Source: Phyllobates terribilis (taxonomy: Eukaryota). Taken from it: DNA of 64,000 nucleotides. The stretch's first letter is position 1. Each line of letters begins with the position of its first letter. Of this stretch, positions 13,241-27,410 are shown piece after piece. A program made the position numbers and the translations under genes. The notes under the pieces are model-generated. The model was given only the letters and a program-made list of their open reading frames with translations, searched no databases and was not told the origin of the DNA. The stretch lies in contig NW_027362765.1 in assembly GCF_046119375.1 (NCBI RefSeq), positions 118,978,001-119,042,000 on the forward strand. The letters are read 5' to 3'.

Positions 13241-15500
13241 TACATAGTTACATACAGTTACATAGGTTGAATAAAGACCTAGGTCCATTAAGTTCAACCT
13301 TCTTCCAGAAATTGTACATTTTGTCACTAATTTAACTGTAACCCATAATGTCATGTGAATTGAGGAAATCATCCAGCCCAGTTTTGAACGCTGTTATAGT
13401 GTTGGCCATCACTACCTCTTGTGGTCGGCATTCCACAGTCTGACTGCTCTGACCGTAAAGAACCCTTTCCTGTTTATGTGCCGGAATCGCCTTTCTTCCA
13501 CCCGTAATGAGTGCCCCTGGTCCTTAGTATAGTCTTTGGAAGGAATAAGTCATGTGCTAGTCCTTTGTACTGACCACACATATATTTATACATGCAAGTT
13601 AGATCTCCTCTGAGACATTTTTTTCTAAGCTAAACTTTTTCAACCTCTCATCATATGAGAGGCCTTCCATCCCTTGTAATAATCTAGTTGCCCGCCTTTG
13701 AACTGACTCTAACTTCTGAATATCCTTTTTAAAATGTGGAGCCCAAAACTGGATCCTATATTCCAGATGTTGCCTCACCAGTGATTTATAAAGGGTAACA
13801 ATATGTTGGGATTGCGGGATTTTATTTCTCTTTTTATACATCCTAAAATCTTGTTTGCTTTTGCGGCTGCTACTTGACATTGAGTACTGATGCTCAGCTT
13901 ACTTGTAACCAGAATACCCAAATCCTTCTCCTGTTCTGTAATCCCGAGTATACTCCCATTTAATGTTTATTCTATTTTCTTCAATATATTTTGCATTTTT
14001 TTAGAAGCTGGACACATTTTTTTCTACATATATCCTAACTACAAGTTGGTCCTTTGATTTCCGGGCTTCAGCATGTCCAGAGCCTAGGTGAGTGGTACAT
14101 TTTCTATATACTTGTTATCTTGATCCACATTCTTACCTTTCTTAAATATCGGTACCACATGAGCCATCCTCCAATCCTGTGGCACTACCCCTGTTACAAG
14201 AGAGTCTAAGAATATGAAATACAACGGTCTGTCAATTACTGAGCTCAGCTCCCTCAGTATCCGTGGATGAATGTAATCTGGGCCGGGGGATTTGTCAATA
14301 TTTAATTTGCTCAGACACAGGTGTATTTGTTTTTGTGTTATACTAGTTATATCAGGTGGTGAACTTTGATTTTTGCCCTGTTAAAAGATCCCTGGAACAG
14401 ACGGTTCATTGGTGAACATGGATGAAAAGTGCCTGTTTAATATCTCAGCCTTTTCTTTGTCCTCTATAATTATCTCGTTATCATCGTCTTTTAAGAGGCC
14501 CATACTATCTGTTTTTTTCTTTTTGACATTGATGTATTTTTAAAAAATTTGGGGATTTAGTTTAATGTACCTGGCGATTTGTTGCACTGTAGATAATTTT
14601 GCTAGCTTGATTTCTTTTTTACATTTCTTATTTAGATCTTTATACTCTTGAAATGCTATTTCTGTATTTTTGGCCTTCAAGATTTTGAATGCCCTTTGTT
14701 TTTGTCTTATTAAAGTTTGTACTGTCTTATTTATCCATAATGGTTTCTTTTTATTCCTGGACATCTTATTACCAGAGGGTATCAATTTTCTACAGGATTC
14801 TGGTAGTATTTACTTAAACATGCCCTATTTATGTTGGTATCCCAGTTGCCATGACACAGCTTTCCTAAAGTTCCAGGTTTTTGCATTTCTTTTTTGAAAT
14901 GTTTTATTGAATATTACATTGAAACTTACCATATTATGATCACTGTTTCCCAAAATGCTCCCGGACCTGTAGATCTGAAATTGTATCTTGTCTATTTGAC
15001 AGAACCAGATTCAGCAGATTACCTCCCCTGGTTGGTTCATAATTGTCCTGAACTGTGGATAAGAACGTGCAGCTTTTAGCACAACTGGAAGATTCTATGT
15101 CCCATTGAATATCTGGATAGGTAAAATCCCCCATAATAAGGACCCTATTATTATTTGCTGCCTTTTTAATTTGTTGCAGCATTTCATCCCCTACCTGTTC
15201 AGCTATATTTGGAGGCTGGTAATAAAATCTCCAATTAGCAGCTTTCCATTATTGCCATCTCCATGTACATTAACCCAGAGTGACTCTACATTGTCATAGC
15301 TTCCTTCAATGTTGTCATTGAGCACAGGTTTTAAGTTTGATTTAATGAAAATAAACACTCCTCCACCTTTTTTGGTCTTTCCTGTCCTTTCTAAATGTAG
15401 TGTATGCCTCTATGTTTGTCACCCAGTCATGGCTTTCATCCAGCCAGGTTTCCATAATGACCACCACATCGTATTCGGTGATCGGCATAAGAGTCTCCAG
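13241..15500 (-). mobile_element. CR1 LINE remnant, degenerate and internally deleted
   Basis: RT C-terminus [19 protein letters not shown]...[12 protein letters not shown] (13599-13880); APE VLIMGDFTYPDIQW (14940-15182); CR1-type (TACATAGT)-like tail at ~13241. Confidence 0.88.
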
Positions 15501-15509
15501 TTTATTCAT

Positions 15510-16295
15510 TATTATATACTATATATTGTGCCCCCTATATTGCTGTATAATGTGCCCCCTATATTACTGTATAATGTGCCCCTATATTACTATATATTGT
15601 GTCCCTCTATATTACAGAATAATGTGCCCCTATATTACTATATATTTTGCCCCCTATATTACTGTACAGTCAGTGTGCCCCCTATATTACTGTATAATGT
15701 TCCCCCATATATTGTGCCTCCTATATTACTGTATATTATGCCTCCCTATATTACTGTATATTGTGCCCCTATATTACTGTATATTGTGCCCCTATATTAC
15801 TGTACATTGTATCTCTATATTACTGTATAATGTGCCCCTATATTACTATATATATTGACCTCTATATTACAATATATTGTACCCCCTATATTACTGTATA
15901 TTGTGCCTCTATATTACTGTATATTGTGCCCCCCATATATTGTGCCCCCTATATTACTATATATTGTGCCTCCCCTATATTACTGTATCTTGTGCCCCCT
16001 ATATTACTGTACAGCGTGCCTCATATATTACTATATATTGTGCCCCCATATTACTGTATAATGGTCCCAATATATTACTGTATATTGTGCCCTCTATATT
16101 ACTGTATATTGTGCCCTCTGTATTACTGTATATTGTGTCCTCTATATTACTGTATAATGGTCCCCTTATTACTGTATATTGCGCCCTCTATATTACTGTA
16201 TAGTGTGCCCCCTATTTTACTGTATATTATGCCCCTCTATATTACTATATACTGTGCCCCCTATATTACTGTATATTGTGCTCCCCTATATTACC
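15510..16295. repeat. Continuation of the CCCCTATATTACTGTATATTGTG minisatellite
   Basis: Same core and orientation as 11410-13240. Confidence 0.93.
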
Positions 16296-17902
16296 CCAAA
16301 GGGGAATCAGGCTAGTGCAGACCATATAGGGAATGATGGGGCAGAATCGGATGCCATTCCCTAGATATCTGCAGGAAACTACCTGAGATGCCCCTTGTGA
16401 CAGACCATCAGCAACTCATCATCAATGGGAGAGGACGCTCCAATTTTACATCGACTTTATAGATAAACGTTCTTAATCCACTACTGTGGTCAAATCAAGT
16501 ACAACTGTTTGAGTCATTAGTGCTCCTTGTGTTCACTTTTTGAGCACTGGATATATACAGACTCATATTTCTTAGCACCTAATACCGGGATCAATTTTGT
16601 TCATTGCCCTAATCTTCATGGGTGTTTTACGGGTGCTTAATTACTACTTTATATATGTCCACTTGAACTGAGTTATTCGACACAGAGAGAGGTCACCAGC
16701 TTACCAACTGATCATTTACCCAACAATCTAATGATCACGTTTTGCCGTCCAACTGTCACATTGGGGGGGAACAATGCACTAATCATCTCCACTCATAACT
16801 AGTGTTGAGCGATACCTTCCGTTATCAGGAAATATCATATCGGATTGGATCGGGCCGATACCCAAAAAGTATCGGATATCGCCGATTCCGATACCGGAAA
16901 CCAATGCAAGTCAATGGGACACAAATATCGGAATGAAAATAAACCCTTTCTTTCCTTGTAGGTTAATTCTACATGAACTAAAACAACTAAGAATAATGTA
17001 GAATGACATGAAAAGCCGGCAATTCATCAGCGGCATTCACCGGTACCCGACAATTTACAACAGAAAGAATAGAGCTTCACACATAGATTAGATAGATAGA
17101 ACCATGTCAGTCACATATATATGAAGTACAGTGACAGTGGTGGTTACTGTACTTGTCATTTAGTGTAAAGGATTTATTTAAAAAAATATTAGTGTTTTCG
17201 TGCACCGTCTCTTTAAAAAAGCCGGCCGGCAATTCAGCATCTGTACCCGACAATTTAGAATAGAAAGAATAGAGAATCATACATAGATTAGATAGATAGA
17301 AACATGTCAGTCACATATATATGAAGTACAGTGACAGTGTTGATTACTGTACTTGTCATTTAGTGTTAAAATAAAGGATTTATTTAAAAAAAAATTGGCG
17401 TGGGGTTCCCCTTAATTTTAGGCTCTAGCGGAGGTTAAGCAGACAGCTGGGGCAAATGTTTGAAGCCTGGGAAGGGGGTAATACCCACGGAGCTTCCCAG
17501 GCTACTAATATCAGCCCCCAGCTGAATACCTAGCCTTTACTAGCTATTAAAATGGGGGAACCCCCCCAAAAAATAACGTGGGGTCCCCCCTAATTTAATA
17601 GCTAGCAAAGGCTAGGCAGACAGCTGGGGGCTGATTTTAATAGCCCAGGAAGGGAGCCATGAATATTGACCCCCTCCCAGGCTAGAAACACCAGCCGTCA
17701 GCCGCCCCAGAAATGGCGCATCCATAGGATGCGCCAATTCTGGCACTTAGCCTCGCTCTTCCCACTGCCCTGTAGCGGTGGCAGTGGGGTAATAGGGCTG
17801 GGGTTGATGTCAGCTTATAATGCCAGCTGACATCAAGCCCAGGTTAGTAATGGAGAGGCGTCTATAAGACACCCCCATTACTAACCCCATAGTCAAAGTT
17901 AA

Positions 17903-18690
17903 AAAAAAAAACACAAACACCCAGAATAAAGTCCTTTAATTGAAATAAAGACACAATTCTTTATTGTTCTAAATTAAACCATACTTACCATCACGCCCAT
18001 TCCAGCTGAAGCCAACGATCCCCTGCAATAAAAGAAAAATAATAAAGCAACATCATCCTTACCTTTCGATGGTTCCCAGGACAGCTCCAGCTCTGCTACA
18101 TCGAGATGACAGGCTGGACCGCAGCAGAACGCTGCCATCCAGCCTGTCATCCCGCAGACACTGAGAAGCGCAGGCATGCTTGCGCTCCTCAGTGTCTCTC
18201 TGTGACGTCATCCAGATGAGCCGAGTTCATGTCCAATGAACTCAGCTCACCTCATGCACGTCACTGACAGCGTGGGAAAATTCTCACGCTGAAGTGCTGA
18301 GTGCAGGAGAATTTTCCCACGCTGTCAGTGACGTGCATGAGGTGAGCTGAGTTCATTGGACATGACCTCGGCTCATCTGGATACCGTCACAGCGAGACAC
18401 TGAGGAGCACAAGCATGCCTGCGCTTCTCAGTGTCTGCGGGATGACAGGCTGGATGGCAGCGTTCTCCTGCGGTCCAGCCTGTCATCTCGATGTAGCAGA
18501 GCTGAAGCTGTCGTGGGAACCATGGAAAGGTAAGGATGAGGTTGCTTTATTATTTTACTTTTATTGCAGGAGATCGTTGGCTTCAGCTGGAATGGGCATG
18601 ATGGTAAGTATGGTTTAATTTAGAACAATAAAGAATTGTGTGTTTATTTCAATTAATGGACTTTATTCTGGGTGTTGTGTTTTTTTAAAT
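17903..18690. repeat. Palindrome P1 (~380-bp arms, ~20-bp loop)
   Basis: Mirror ORFs 17974-18177(-) and 18415-18618(+) translate almost identically; centre CAGCGTGGGAAAATTCTC...GAGAATTTTCCCACGCTG. Confidence 0.92.
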
Positions 18691-19339
18691 ACTTTAATAG
18701 AAATTCATGGTGGTCATGTCTAATATTGGCGTGACCCCATGAATTTCGGGCTTAGGGCCAGCTGATAATGCCAAGCTGGCCTTAACCCCTTTATTACCCA
18801 GTGAGCCACCGCACCAGGGCCCTGGATGAGTTGGGTACAGCGCCAGAAGATGGCGCTTCTATGAACGCGCCATTTTCTGGGGCGGCTGCGGACTGCAATT
18901 TGCAGCGGGGGTGGCCCAGAAAGCTTGGGTCTCCCTGCGCTGCGGATTCCAGCCCCCAGCTGCCTAGTTGTACCTGGCTGGACACAAAAATAGGGCGAAG
19001 CCCCCCGCATTTTTTTTTTTAATTATTTCATGAAATTCATGGAATAATTAAGAAAAAAAGGGCTTCCCTATATTGTTGTGTCCAACCAGGTACAAAGAGG
19101 CAGCTGGTGGTTGGGGGCAGCCCATTCCTGCCTGCTGTACCTGGCTGGACACAAATATAGTGCGAAGCCCCACGTCAATTTTTTTTTAATTATTTCATGA
19201 AATAATTTTTTTAAAAAAGGGCTTCCCTATATTGTTGTGTCCGGCCAGGTACAAATAGGCAGCTGGTGGTTGGGGGCAGCCTGTTCCTGCCTGCTGTACC
19301 TGGCTGGACACAAATATAGGGCGAAGCCCCACATCAATT

Positions 19340-22300
19340 TTTTTTAAAATAAATCCTTTATTTTAACACTAAATGACATTTGAGGAGTTAATAAAGATGC
19401 AGTCCCTAAATTATTATTTATTTTTTAATTAATTTTTCCCAAAACTTTTGACGTGGGCTTCGCCATATTTTTGTATGCCAGCCAGGTACAGCATCCAGCT
19501 TCTATGAACGCGTCATTTTCCGGGGTGGCTGCGGACTGCAATTTTCAGCGGGGGGGGGGGGCAGAAAGCTTGGGCCTCCCTGCGCTGCAGATTCCATCCC
19601 CCAGCTGCCTAGTTGTACCTGGCTGGACACAAAAATAGAGAGAAGCTTCACGTATTTTTTTTTTTTAATTATTTCATGAAATTCATGAAATAATTAAGAA
19701 AAAAAGGGCTTCCCTATATTGTTGTGTCCAACCAGGTACAAATAGGCAGCTGGTGGTTGGGGGCAGCCCGTTCCTGCCTGCTGCACCTGACTGGACACAA
19801 ATATAGTGCGAAGCCCCACGTCAATTTTTTTTAAATCATTTCAGGAAATTCATGAATTTAAAAAAAAAATACGTGGAGCTTCGCCCTATTTTTGTGTCCA
19901 GCCAGGTACAGCAGGCAGGAACAGGCTGCCCCCAACCACCAGCTGCCTATTTGTACCTGGCCGGACACAACAATATAGGGAAGCCCTTTTTTAAAAAAAT
20001 TATTTCATGAAATAATTAAAAAAAAATTGACGTGGGGCTTCGCTCTGTTTTTGTGTCCAGCCAGGTACAACTAGGCAGCTGGGGGCTGGAATCTGCAGCG
20101 CAGGGAGGCCCAAGCTTTCTGGGCCCCACCCGCTGCAAATTGCAGTCCGCAGCCGCCCCGGAAAATGGCGCGTTCATAGAAGCGCCATCTTCTGGCGCTG
20201 TACCCAACTCATCCAGGGCCCTGGTGCGGTGGCTCACTGGGTAATAAAGGGGTTAAGGCCAGCTTGGCATTATCAGCTGGCCCTAAGCCCGAAATTCATG
20301 GGGTCACACCAATATTAGACATGACCACCATGAATTTCTAGTAAAGTATTTAAAAAAAACACAAACACCCAGAAAAAAGTCCTTTAATTGAAATAAACAC
20401 ACAATTCTTTATTGTTCTAAATTAAACCATACTTACAGTCACGCCCATTCCAGCTGAAGCCAACGATCTCCTTCAATAAAAGAAAAATAATAAAGCAACC
20501 TCATCCTTACCTTTCCATGGCTCCCGCGACGGCTCCAGCTCTGCTACATCGAGATGACAGGCTGGACCGCAGCAGAACGCTGCCATCCAGCCTGTCATCC
20601 CGCAGACACTGAGAAGCGCAGGCATGCTTGCGCTCCTCAGTGTCTCTCTGTGACGGCATAAAGATGAGCCGAGGTCATGTCCAATGAACTCAGCTCACCT
20701 CATGCACGTCACTGACAGCGTGGGAAAATTCTCCTGCACTCAGCGCTTCAGCGTGAGACTTCTCCCACGCTGTCAGTGACATACATGAGGTGAGGTCATG
20801 TCCAATGAACTCGGCGCACCTCATGCACGTCACTGACAGCGTGGGAAAATTCTCACGCTGAAGCGCTGAGTGCAGGAGAATTTTCCCACGCTGTCAGTGA
20901 CGTGCATGAGGTGAGCCGAGTTCATTGGACATGACCTTCGCTCATCTGGATGCCGTCACAGCCAGACACTGAGGAGCGCAAGCATGCCTGCGCTTCTCAG
21001 TGTCTGCGGGATGACAGGCTGGATGGCAGCGTTCTGCTACGGTCCAGCCTGTCATCTCGATGTAGCAGAGCTGAAGCTGTCGTGGGAACCATGGAAAAGT
21101 AAGGATGAGGTTGGTTTATTATTTTACTTTTATTGCAGGAGATCGTTGGCTTCAGCTGGAATGGGCGTGACTGTAAGTATGGTTTAATTTAGAACAATAA
21201 AGAATTGTGTCTTTATTTCAATTAAAGGACTTTTTTCTGGGTGTTTGTGTTTTTTTTAAATACTTTACTAGAAATTCATGGCGGTCATGTCTAATATTGG
21301 CGTGACCCCATGAATTTCGGGCTTAGGGCCAGCTGATAATGCCAAGCTGGCCTTAACCCCTTTATTACCCAGTGAGCCACCGCACCAGGGCCCTGGATGA
21401 GTTGGGTACAGCGCCAGAAGATGGCGCTTCTATGAACGCGCCATTTTCCGGGGCGGCTGCGGACTGCAATTTGCAGCGGGTGGGGCCCAGAAAGCTTGGG
21501 CCTCCCTGCGCTGCAGATTCCAGCCCCCAGCTGCCTAGTTGTACCTGGCTGGACACAAAAATAGAGAGAAGCTTCACGTATTTTTTTTTTTTAATTATTT
21601 CATGAAATTCATGGAATAATTAAGAAAAAAAGGGCTTCCCTATATTGTTGTGTCCGGCTAGGTACAAATAGGCAGCTGGTGGTTGGGGGCAGCCCGTTCC
21701 TGCCTGCTGTACCTGACTGGACACAAATATAGGGCGAAGCCCCACGTCAATTTTTTTTTAACTATTTCATGAAATAATTTAAAAAAAAAAGGGCTTCCCT
21801 ATATTGTTGTGTCCGGCCAGGTACAAATAGGCAGCTGGTGGTTGGGGGCAGCCCGTTCCTGCCTGCTGTACCTGACTGGACACAAATATAGGGCGAAGCC
21901 CCACATAATTTTTTTTTAATTATTTCATGAATTTCCTGAAATAATTAAAAAAAAATTGACGTGGGGCTTCACACTATATTTGTGTCCAGCCAGGTACAGC
22001 AGGCAGGAACGGGCTGCCCCCAACCACCAGCTGCCTATTTGTACCTGGCCAGACACAACAATATAGGGAAGCCCTTTTTTTCTTAATTATTCCATGAATT
22101 TCATGAAATAATAAAAAAAAAAAAAACGTGGAGCTTCTCCCTATTTTTGTGTCCAGCCAGGTACAACTAGGCAGCTGGGGGATGGAATCTGCAGCGCAGG
22201 GAGGCCCAAGCTTTCTGCCCCCCCCCTCTGAAAATTGCAGTCCGCGGCCGCCCCGGAAAATGGCGCGTTCATAGAAGCTGGATGCTGTACCTGGCTGGCA

Positions 22301-22430
22301 TACAAAAATATGGCGAAGCCCACGTCAAAAGTTTTGGGAAAAATTAATTAAAAAATAAATAATAATTTAGGGACTGCATCTTTATTAACTCCTCAAATGT
22401 CATTTAGTGTTAAAATAAAGGATTTATTTA
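19340..22430. repeat. Palindrome P2 (~3.1 kb, ~1.45-kb arms)
   Basis: 19340-19830 inverted at 21940-22430; 20016-20244 inverted at 21365-21605 (mirror ORF pairs); centre near 20800. Confidence 0.88.
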
Positions 22431-22440
22431 AAAAAAAAAT

Positions 22441-22800
22441 GGCGTGGGATCCCCCATAATTTTAGTCTCTAGCGGAGGTTAAGCAGACGGCTGGGGCAGA
22501 TGTTTGAAGCCTGGGAAGGGGGTAAAACCCACGGAGCTTCCCAGACTACTAATATCAGCCCCCAGCTGAATACCTAGCCTTTACTAGCTATTAAAATGGG
22601 GGACCACCCCCCAAAAAAATGGCGTGGGATCCCCCATAATTTTAGTCTCTAGCGGAGGTTAAGCAGACGGCTGGGGCAGATGTTTGAAGCCTGGGAAGGG
22701 GGTAAAACCCACGGAGCTTCCCAGACTACTAATATCAGCCCCCAGCTGAATACCTAGCCTTTACTAGCTATTAAAATGGGGGACCCCCCCAAAAAAAATG
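22441..22800. repeat. Near-perfect 180-bp tandem duplication
   Basis: Sequence lines 22441/22621 and 22501/22681 are identical. Confidence 0.9.
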
Positions 22801-25122
22801 ACGTGGGGTCCCCCCTATTTTAATAGCTAGCAAAGGCTAGGCAGACAGCTGGGGGCTGATATTAATAGCTCAGGAAGGGTGCCATGAATATTGGCCCCCT
22901 CCCAGGCTAGAAACACCAGCCGTCAGCCGCCCCAGAAATGGCGCATCCATAGGATGCGCCAATTCTGGCACTTAGCCTCGCTCTTCCACGCTGCCCTGGT
23001 GCGGTGGCAGGGGGTAATAGTGGTGGGGTTCATGTCAGCGCCAGCTGCCATGAAGCCCAGGTTAGTAATGATGGCCGTCTATATGACACCCCCATTACTA
23101 ACCTACAAAGTGTTAAAAAGAAAAAACACACTACACCCAGAAAAAAATAATTTATTTGAAATAAAACACACCATTTTATTTAATTCTTAGTTTACTAAAA
23201 AAAAATAGTTACCTGTCCACGTTCCTGCGCTGATCTCCCATGCACAGCTGTCACATCTGGAGAAGGTGACAGCTGTGCATGGCTGCTGTAAGCTCACGCT
23301 GCCGGGAACACGTCCGCTCCCGGCAGCGGGAGCCACTGACTGAGGTCACCGGAGTGCATTCAGGCAGCGCAGCTCCGGAGACCTCCTTTACGGCAGTGCT
23401 GTACCGTGGGAATTTCTCACGATACAGCAGTGCCGTAAAGGAGCTAACCGGAGCAGCGCTGCCTGAACTCCGGTGAACCCTTACGGCCCCGTCATTCTAG
23501 CGGCGGCAGCGGTTCAGAGCGGTCACATTCTATGTGGCTGCTCTAAACTGGAGATCATCGTGGGACACTCGTGGACTACTACGGAGGGGTAAGGATAAGG
23601 TTGTGGTTTATTATTTTATATTTTATTACAGGAGATCGATGGCTTCGGGGAATTAGGTGTCTAGGTGAGTATAGGTGTAGTTTTTTATTTTTTACTTTAT
23701 TTTAGGTGGCGATCGGCGGGGACAGGTAATGTATGAACTAATTTCTTTTAGGTAACCACTGGCCACCAATGACATGTATCTAACATTTATTGGGGACACA
23801 GTAGGGCAATTTATATAGCAGGATCAGGCTGATGGGAACTACTGCTCCCATCGAGCTGATCCTGCTGGCACGAGTGGACGGGGGACAGACATAGGCCGAT
23901 GGGAGTAGTAGTGTCACATCGGCCTATGTCTGCCTGCACGCACACACACCCCGCACACACACCCCGCACACACACCCCGCACACACACCCCGCACACACA
24001 CTAATCATGACGGGTCTGGGAGGTGAGGCTGACCTGTGCGGCCGTGGGAAAGTTCATGTGAGTTCATGCAGTCAAGCATGAACTCACATGAACCCTCTGA
24101 GGGCACCGCGGCTACTTCAAATGAACAGCTGATCGGCATCACCTGATACCTCAGCTGTTCATTTGAAATAACCGGCGGGAAAGCGCAGCACAGAACGGGA
24201 AAGCCGGCGGTGAAGTCTTTTCACTGCCGGCTTCCCCGCCCGGGTCCTTCGCTCCTTGGTGCTGCGCTCCCCGCCCGGTCCTAATTTACGATTGGGATTG
24301 GAGGTGGCGAGGGGAGCGGAGGATCGGGGTGGGAGGCTGCGGGGAAGCAGTATGGGGCTGTGCGATTGTTTAAAAGCCAGCGGCTTTTTACCGCCCGCCG
24401 GCTTTTAAACAATCAGGAGAATTCTCCCACGCTGGGATGGCATTCTGATGACAGGCTGGATCTCAGTTGAGCGCTGCCACCCAGCTTGTCATCCTTCACA
24501 GACACTGCAGAGCGCAGGCATTATGGGAATTTCCGATTCCGGTATTCGATATTATAAAAGTATCGGAATTAAGTATCGGAATTCCGATACAGTGAATATC
24601 GGCCGATACCCGATATTTCAGTATCGGAATGCTCAACACTACTCATAACCAAAAATCATATGGCGATACCCATGCACTGTCCCTTCGTTCCTGCCTTTAA
24701 AGTATTAAGTGTTGTAATATTTTTCAACAGTATCTAGATTAAAAGTCATATTTTAACTGCTATTTAACTGCTACTGCTATCCCCTTTTCTATTGGGTATT
24801 ACTGTCTAGTGACAATCACTATTGCTGCACCCCCTATATTGCTGTATATTGTGCCCTGTTTATTACTGTATAATTTGCCCCTATATTACTATATATTGTA
24901 CCCCTTATATTACTGCATAGTGTTCCCCCTATATTACTGTATAATGTGCCCCTATATTACTACAAGTGCTTCTCACTAAATTAAAATATCATCTAAAAGT
25001 TAATTTATTTCAGTTCTTCAATAGAAAAAGTGAAACTCATATATTATATAGAGTCATTACAAACAGAGTGATCTATTTCAAGTGTTTATTTCCGTTAATG
25101 TTTATGATTATGGCTTACAGCT

Positions 25123-26287
25123 TGTAGCGTCGGTGTCTCTGCCTCCTGCTCGGCAGAGACGCCGATCACCTTACCGGCGCGGCCCCGGTCCGGCGTCTGC
25201 CTCTCCTCTGCCCGCCTCCCATGCTGCGCTCGCCCATTATGCACGCACCGCGCACAGATTCCCGGGCACTGTGCTTAGGGCACGCGCGTTCCCTACGTCT
25301 TAAAGTGGCCACGCGCGCTGTTCTAAGATGTCCCCAGCCAGTGGCCAGAGGACATCTGCTATTTAAGGCACCTCCCCCAAAATGGAGGTGTAAAGGACAT
25401 ATTGATATTCATGCTATAGCAACTCCATTTTGTCTGCTTGCTTCAAAATCATGTTATTATACTCTTTGCATAACATACATTCTTTCCTTCTTTCCTCTTG
25501 ATTCACATGCAACTTTCCCACACTAACCTTTTGTCTCAAGAACATTCTATGAGACACCCTGCTCCTGTTATCTAGCTAGTCTGAGCCGGGATGTATAACC
25601 TTGTAACTTTCCATCGTACACCGAACTAACGATAATATGACCATATGTGTATTTCCGTAATAATTGTACTAACATTAGTTCAAGCTTGTAGGATAGCTGT
25701 AGGAGATTGGCTATTGATATACTCAAAACAATATAAAATGCTAAGTAGAAATAAACGGGGTTAGAGATTCTCTGAATCCAACCATACAGAGCTTTGCCTC
25801 CGTCTGGTTTTCTGTTGGATTGCGCAATCAACCTTGAAACATAATAATTTGACACTCACTTGGTCAACCGTGAAGGGTCATTACTGCCCTCCCTCAACAG
25901 AGGTGCCTGTGCAAAGTTGTTGTTTGTGTGCTGAACAATCTCTCCAGCCCTTAGGTCCCAGTACTGCCTGCCAGCTTGTCTATCAGCCGAGCCCGCCAGT
26001 CAGCCTGCCAGCCGAGCCTGCCAGTCTACCAGCGCCGCCTGCCTGCCTACCAGCTGTACTCCTCTGCCGTGCCTGTCTGCTTCGGCTGTCAGTCCTGTGG
26101 GAGTCGCCTTCTCTTACACAAGGTTGGTCCCAGAGTGGCACCTGGACCCCCTTCCCGATCCCTCCTTGGTTCACGGAGTTGACTAAGCTGCCGTGTAGCC
26201 AGGGTCGGTCCGGGTAGGCTCTTAGTTACGCCCCTCTGGTCCTTCCTTGTACCACGGCACAGTGGTTCCACCATCGGATCCGTAACA
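25123..26287 (+). mobile_element. Solo LTR (Gypsy-like)
   Basis: TGTAGCG...CGTAACA termini; 5-bp TSD CAGCT/CAGCC; the intact right TIR shows the pre-insertion site TTACAGCCAATG. Confidence 0.8.
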
Positions 26288-26408
26288 CAGCCAATGAAAA
26301 CACAAAAGTCATTACCTCAGTAAATTAGAATAATTAACAAAAAACACCTGCAAAGGCTTCCGAAGCATTAAAAAGGTCCCATAGTCTGTTTCGGTAGGCT
26401 CCACAATC

Positions 26409-27410
26409 ATGGGGAAGACTGCTGAGTTGACAGATGTACAGAAGGCAGTCATTGACACACTCCACAAGGAGGGTAAGCCAAAAAAGGTCATGCTAAAGAA
26501 GCTGGCTGTTCTCAGAGTGCTGTATCCAAGCATATTAATGGGAAGTTGAGTGGAAGGAAAAAGTGTGGTAGAAAAAAGTGCACAAGCAACCGGGATAACC
26601 ACAGCCTTGAAAGGATTGTTAAGAAAAGACCATTCAAAAATTTGGGGGAAATTCACAAGGAGTGGACTGCTGCTGGGGTCATTGCTTCAAGAGCCACCCC
26701 ACACAGACGTATCCAGGACATGGGCTACAAGTGTCACATTCCTTGTGTCGAGCCACTCATGACCAATACACAACGCCAGAAGCGTCTTACCTGGGCCAAG
26801 GAGAAAAAGACCTGGACTCTTGCTCAGTGGTCCAAGGTGTTGTTTTCAGATGAAAGTAAATTTTGCATTTCTTTCGGAAATCAAGGTCCCAGAGTCTGGA
26901 GGAAGAGTGGAGAGGCCACAATCCAAGCTGCTTGAGGTCTCGTGTGGAGTTTCCACAATCAGTGATGGTTTGGGGAGCCATGTCATCTGCTGGTGTAGGT
27001 CCACTGAGTTTTATCAAGACCAAAGTCAGCGCAGCCGTCTACCAGGACATTTTAGAGCACTTCATGCTTCCCTCTGCCGACAAGCTTTTTGGAGATGGAA
27101 ATGTCATTCTCCAGCAGGACTTGGCCCCTGTCCACACTGGCAAAAGTACCAATACCTGGTTTACAAACAACAGTATCACTGTGCTCGATTGGCCAGCAAC
27201 TCGCCTGACCTTAACCCCATAGAGAATCTATGGGGTATTGTCAAGAGGAAGATGAGAGACACCAGACCCAACAATGCAGACGAGCTGAAGGCTGCTATCA
27301 AAGCAACCTGGGCTTCCATAACACCTCAGCAGTGCCACAGGCTGATCGCCTCCATGCCACGCTGCATTGATGCAGTACTTGATGCAAAAAGAGCCCCGAC
27401 CAAGTATTGA
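26409..27410 (+). pseudogene. Tc1 transposase with several frameshifts
   Basis: MGKTAELTDVQK..., [30 protein letters not shown]...KY spread over three frames. Confidence 0.9.

Larger units (their letters stand above)
16800..24641. mobile_element. 7.8-kb non-autonomous hAT element with foldback-like interior
   Basis: TIR TAGTGTTGAGC / GCTCAACACTA; 8-bp TSD CTCATAAC at 16792-16799 and 24642-24649; clustered CCGATAC/GTATCGG subterminal motifs at both ends; no transposase ORF. Confidence 0.9.

Noticed and set aside
17974-22323. Recurrent short ORFs (MPALLSVCG..., MSHRTRALDE...)
   Set aside because: They only reflect the inverted duplications; no transposase or other motif
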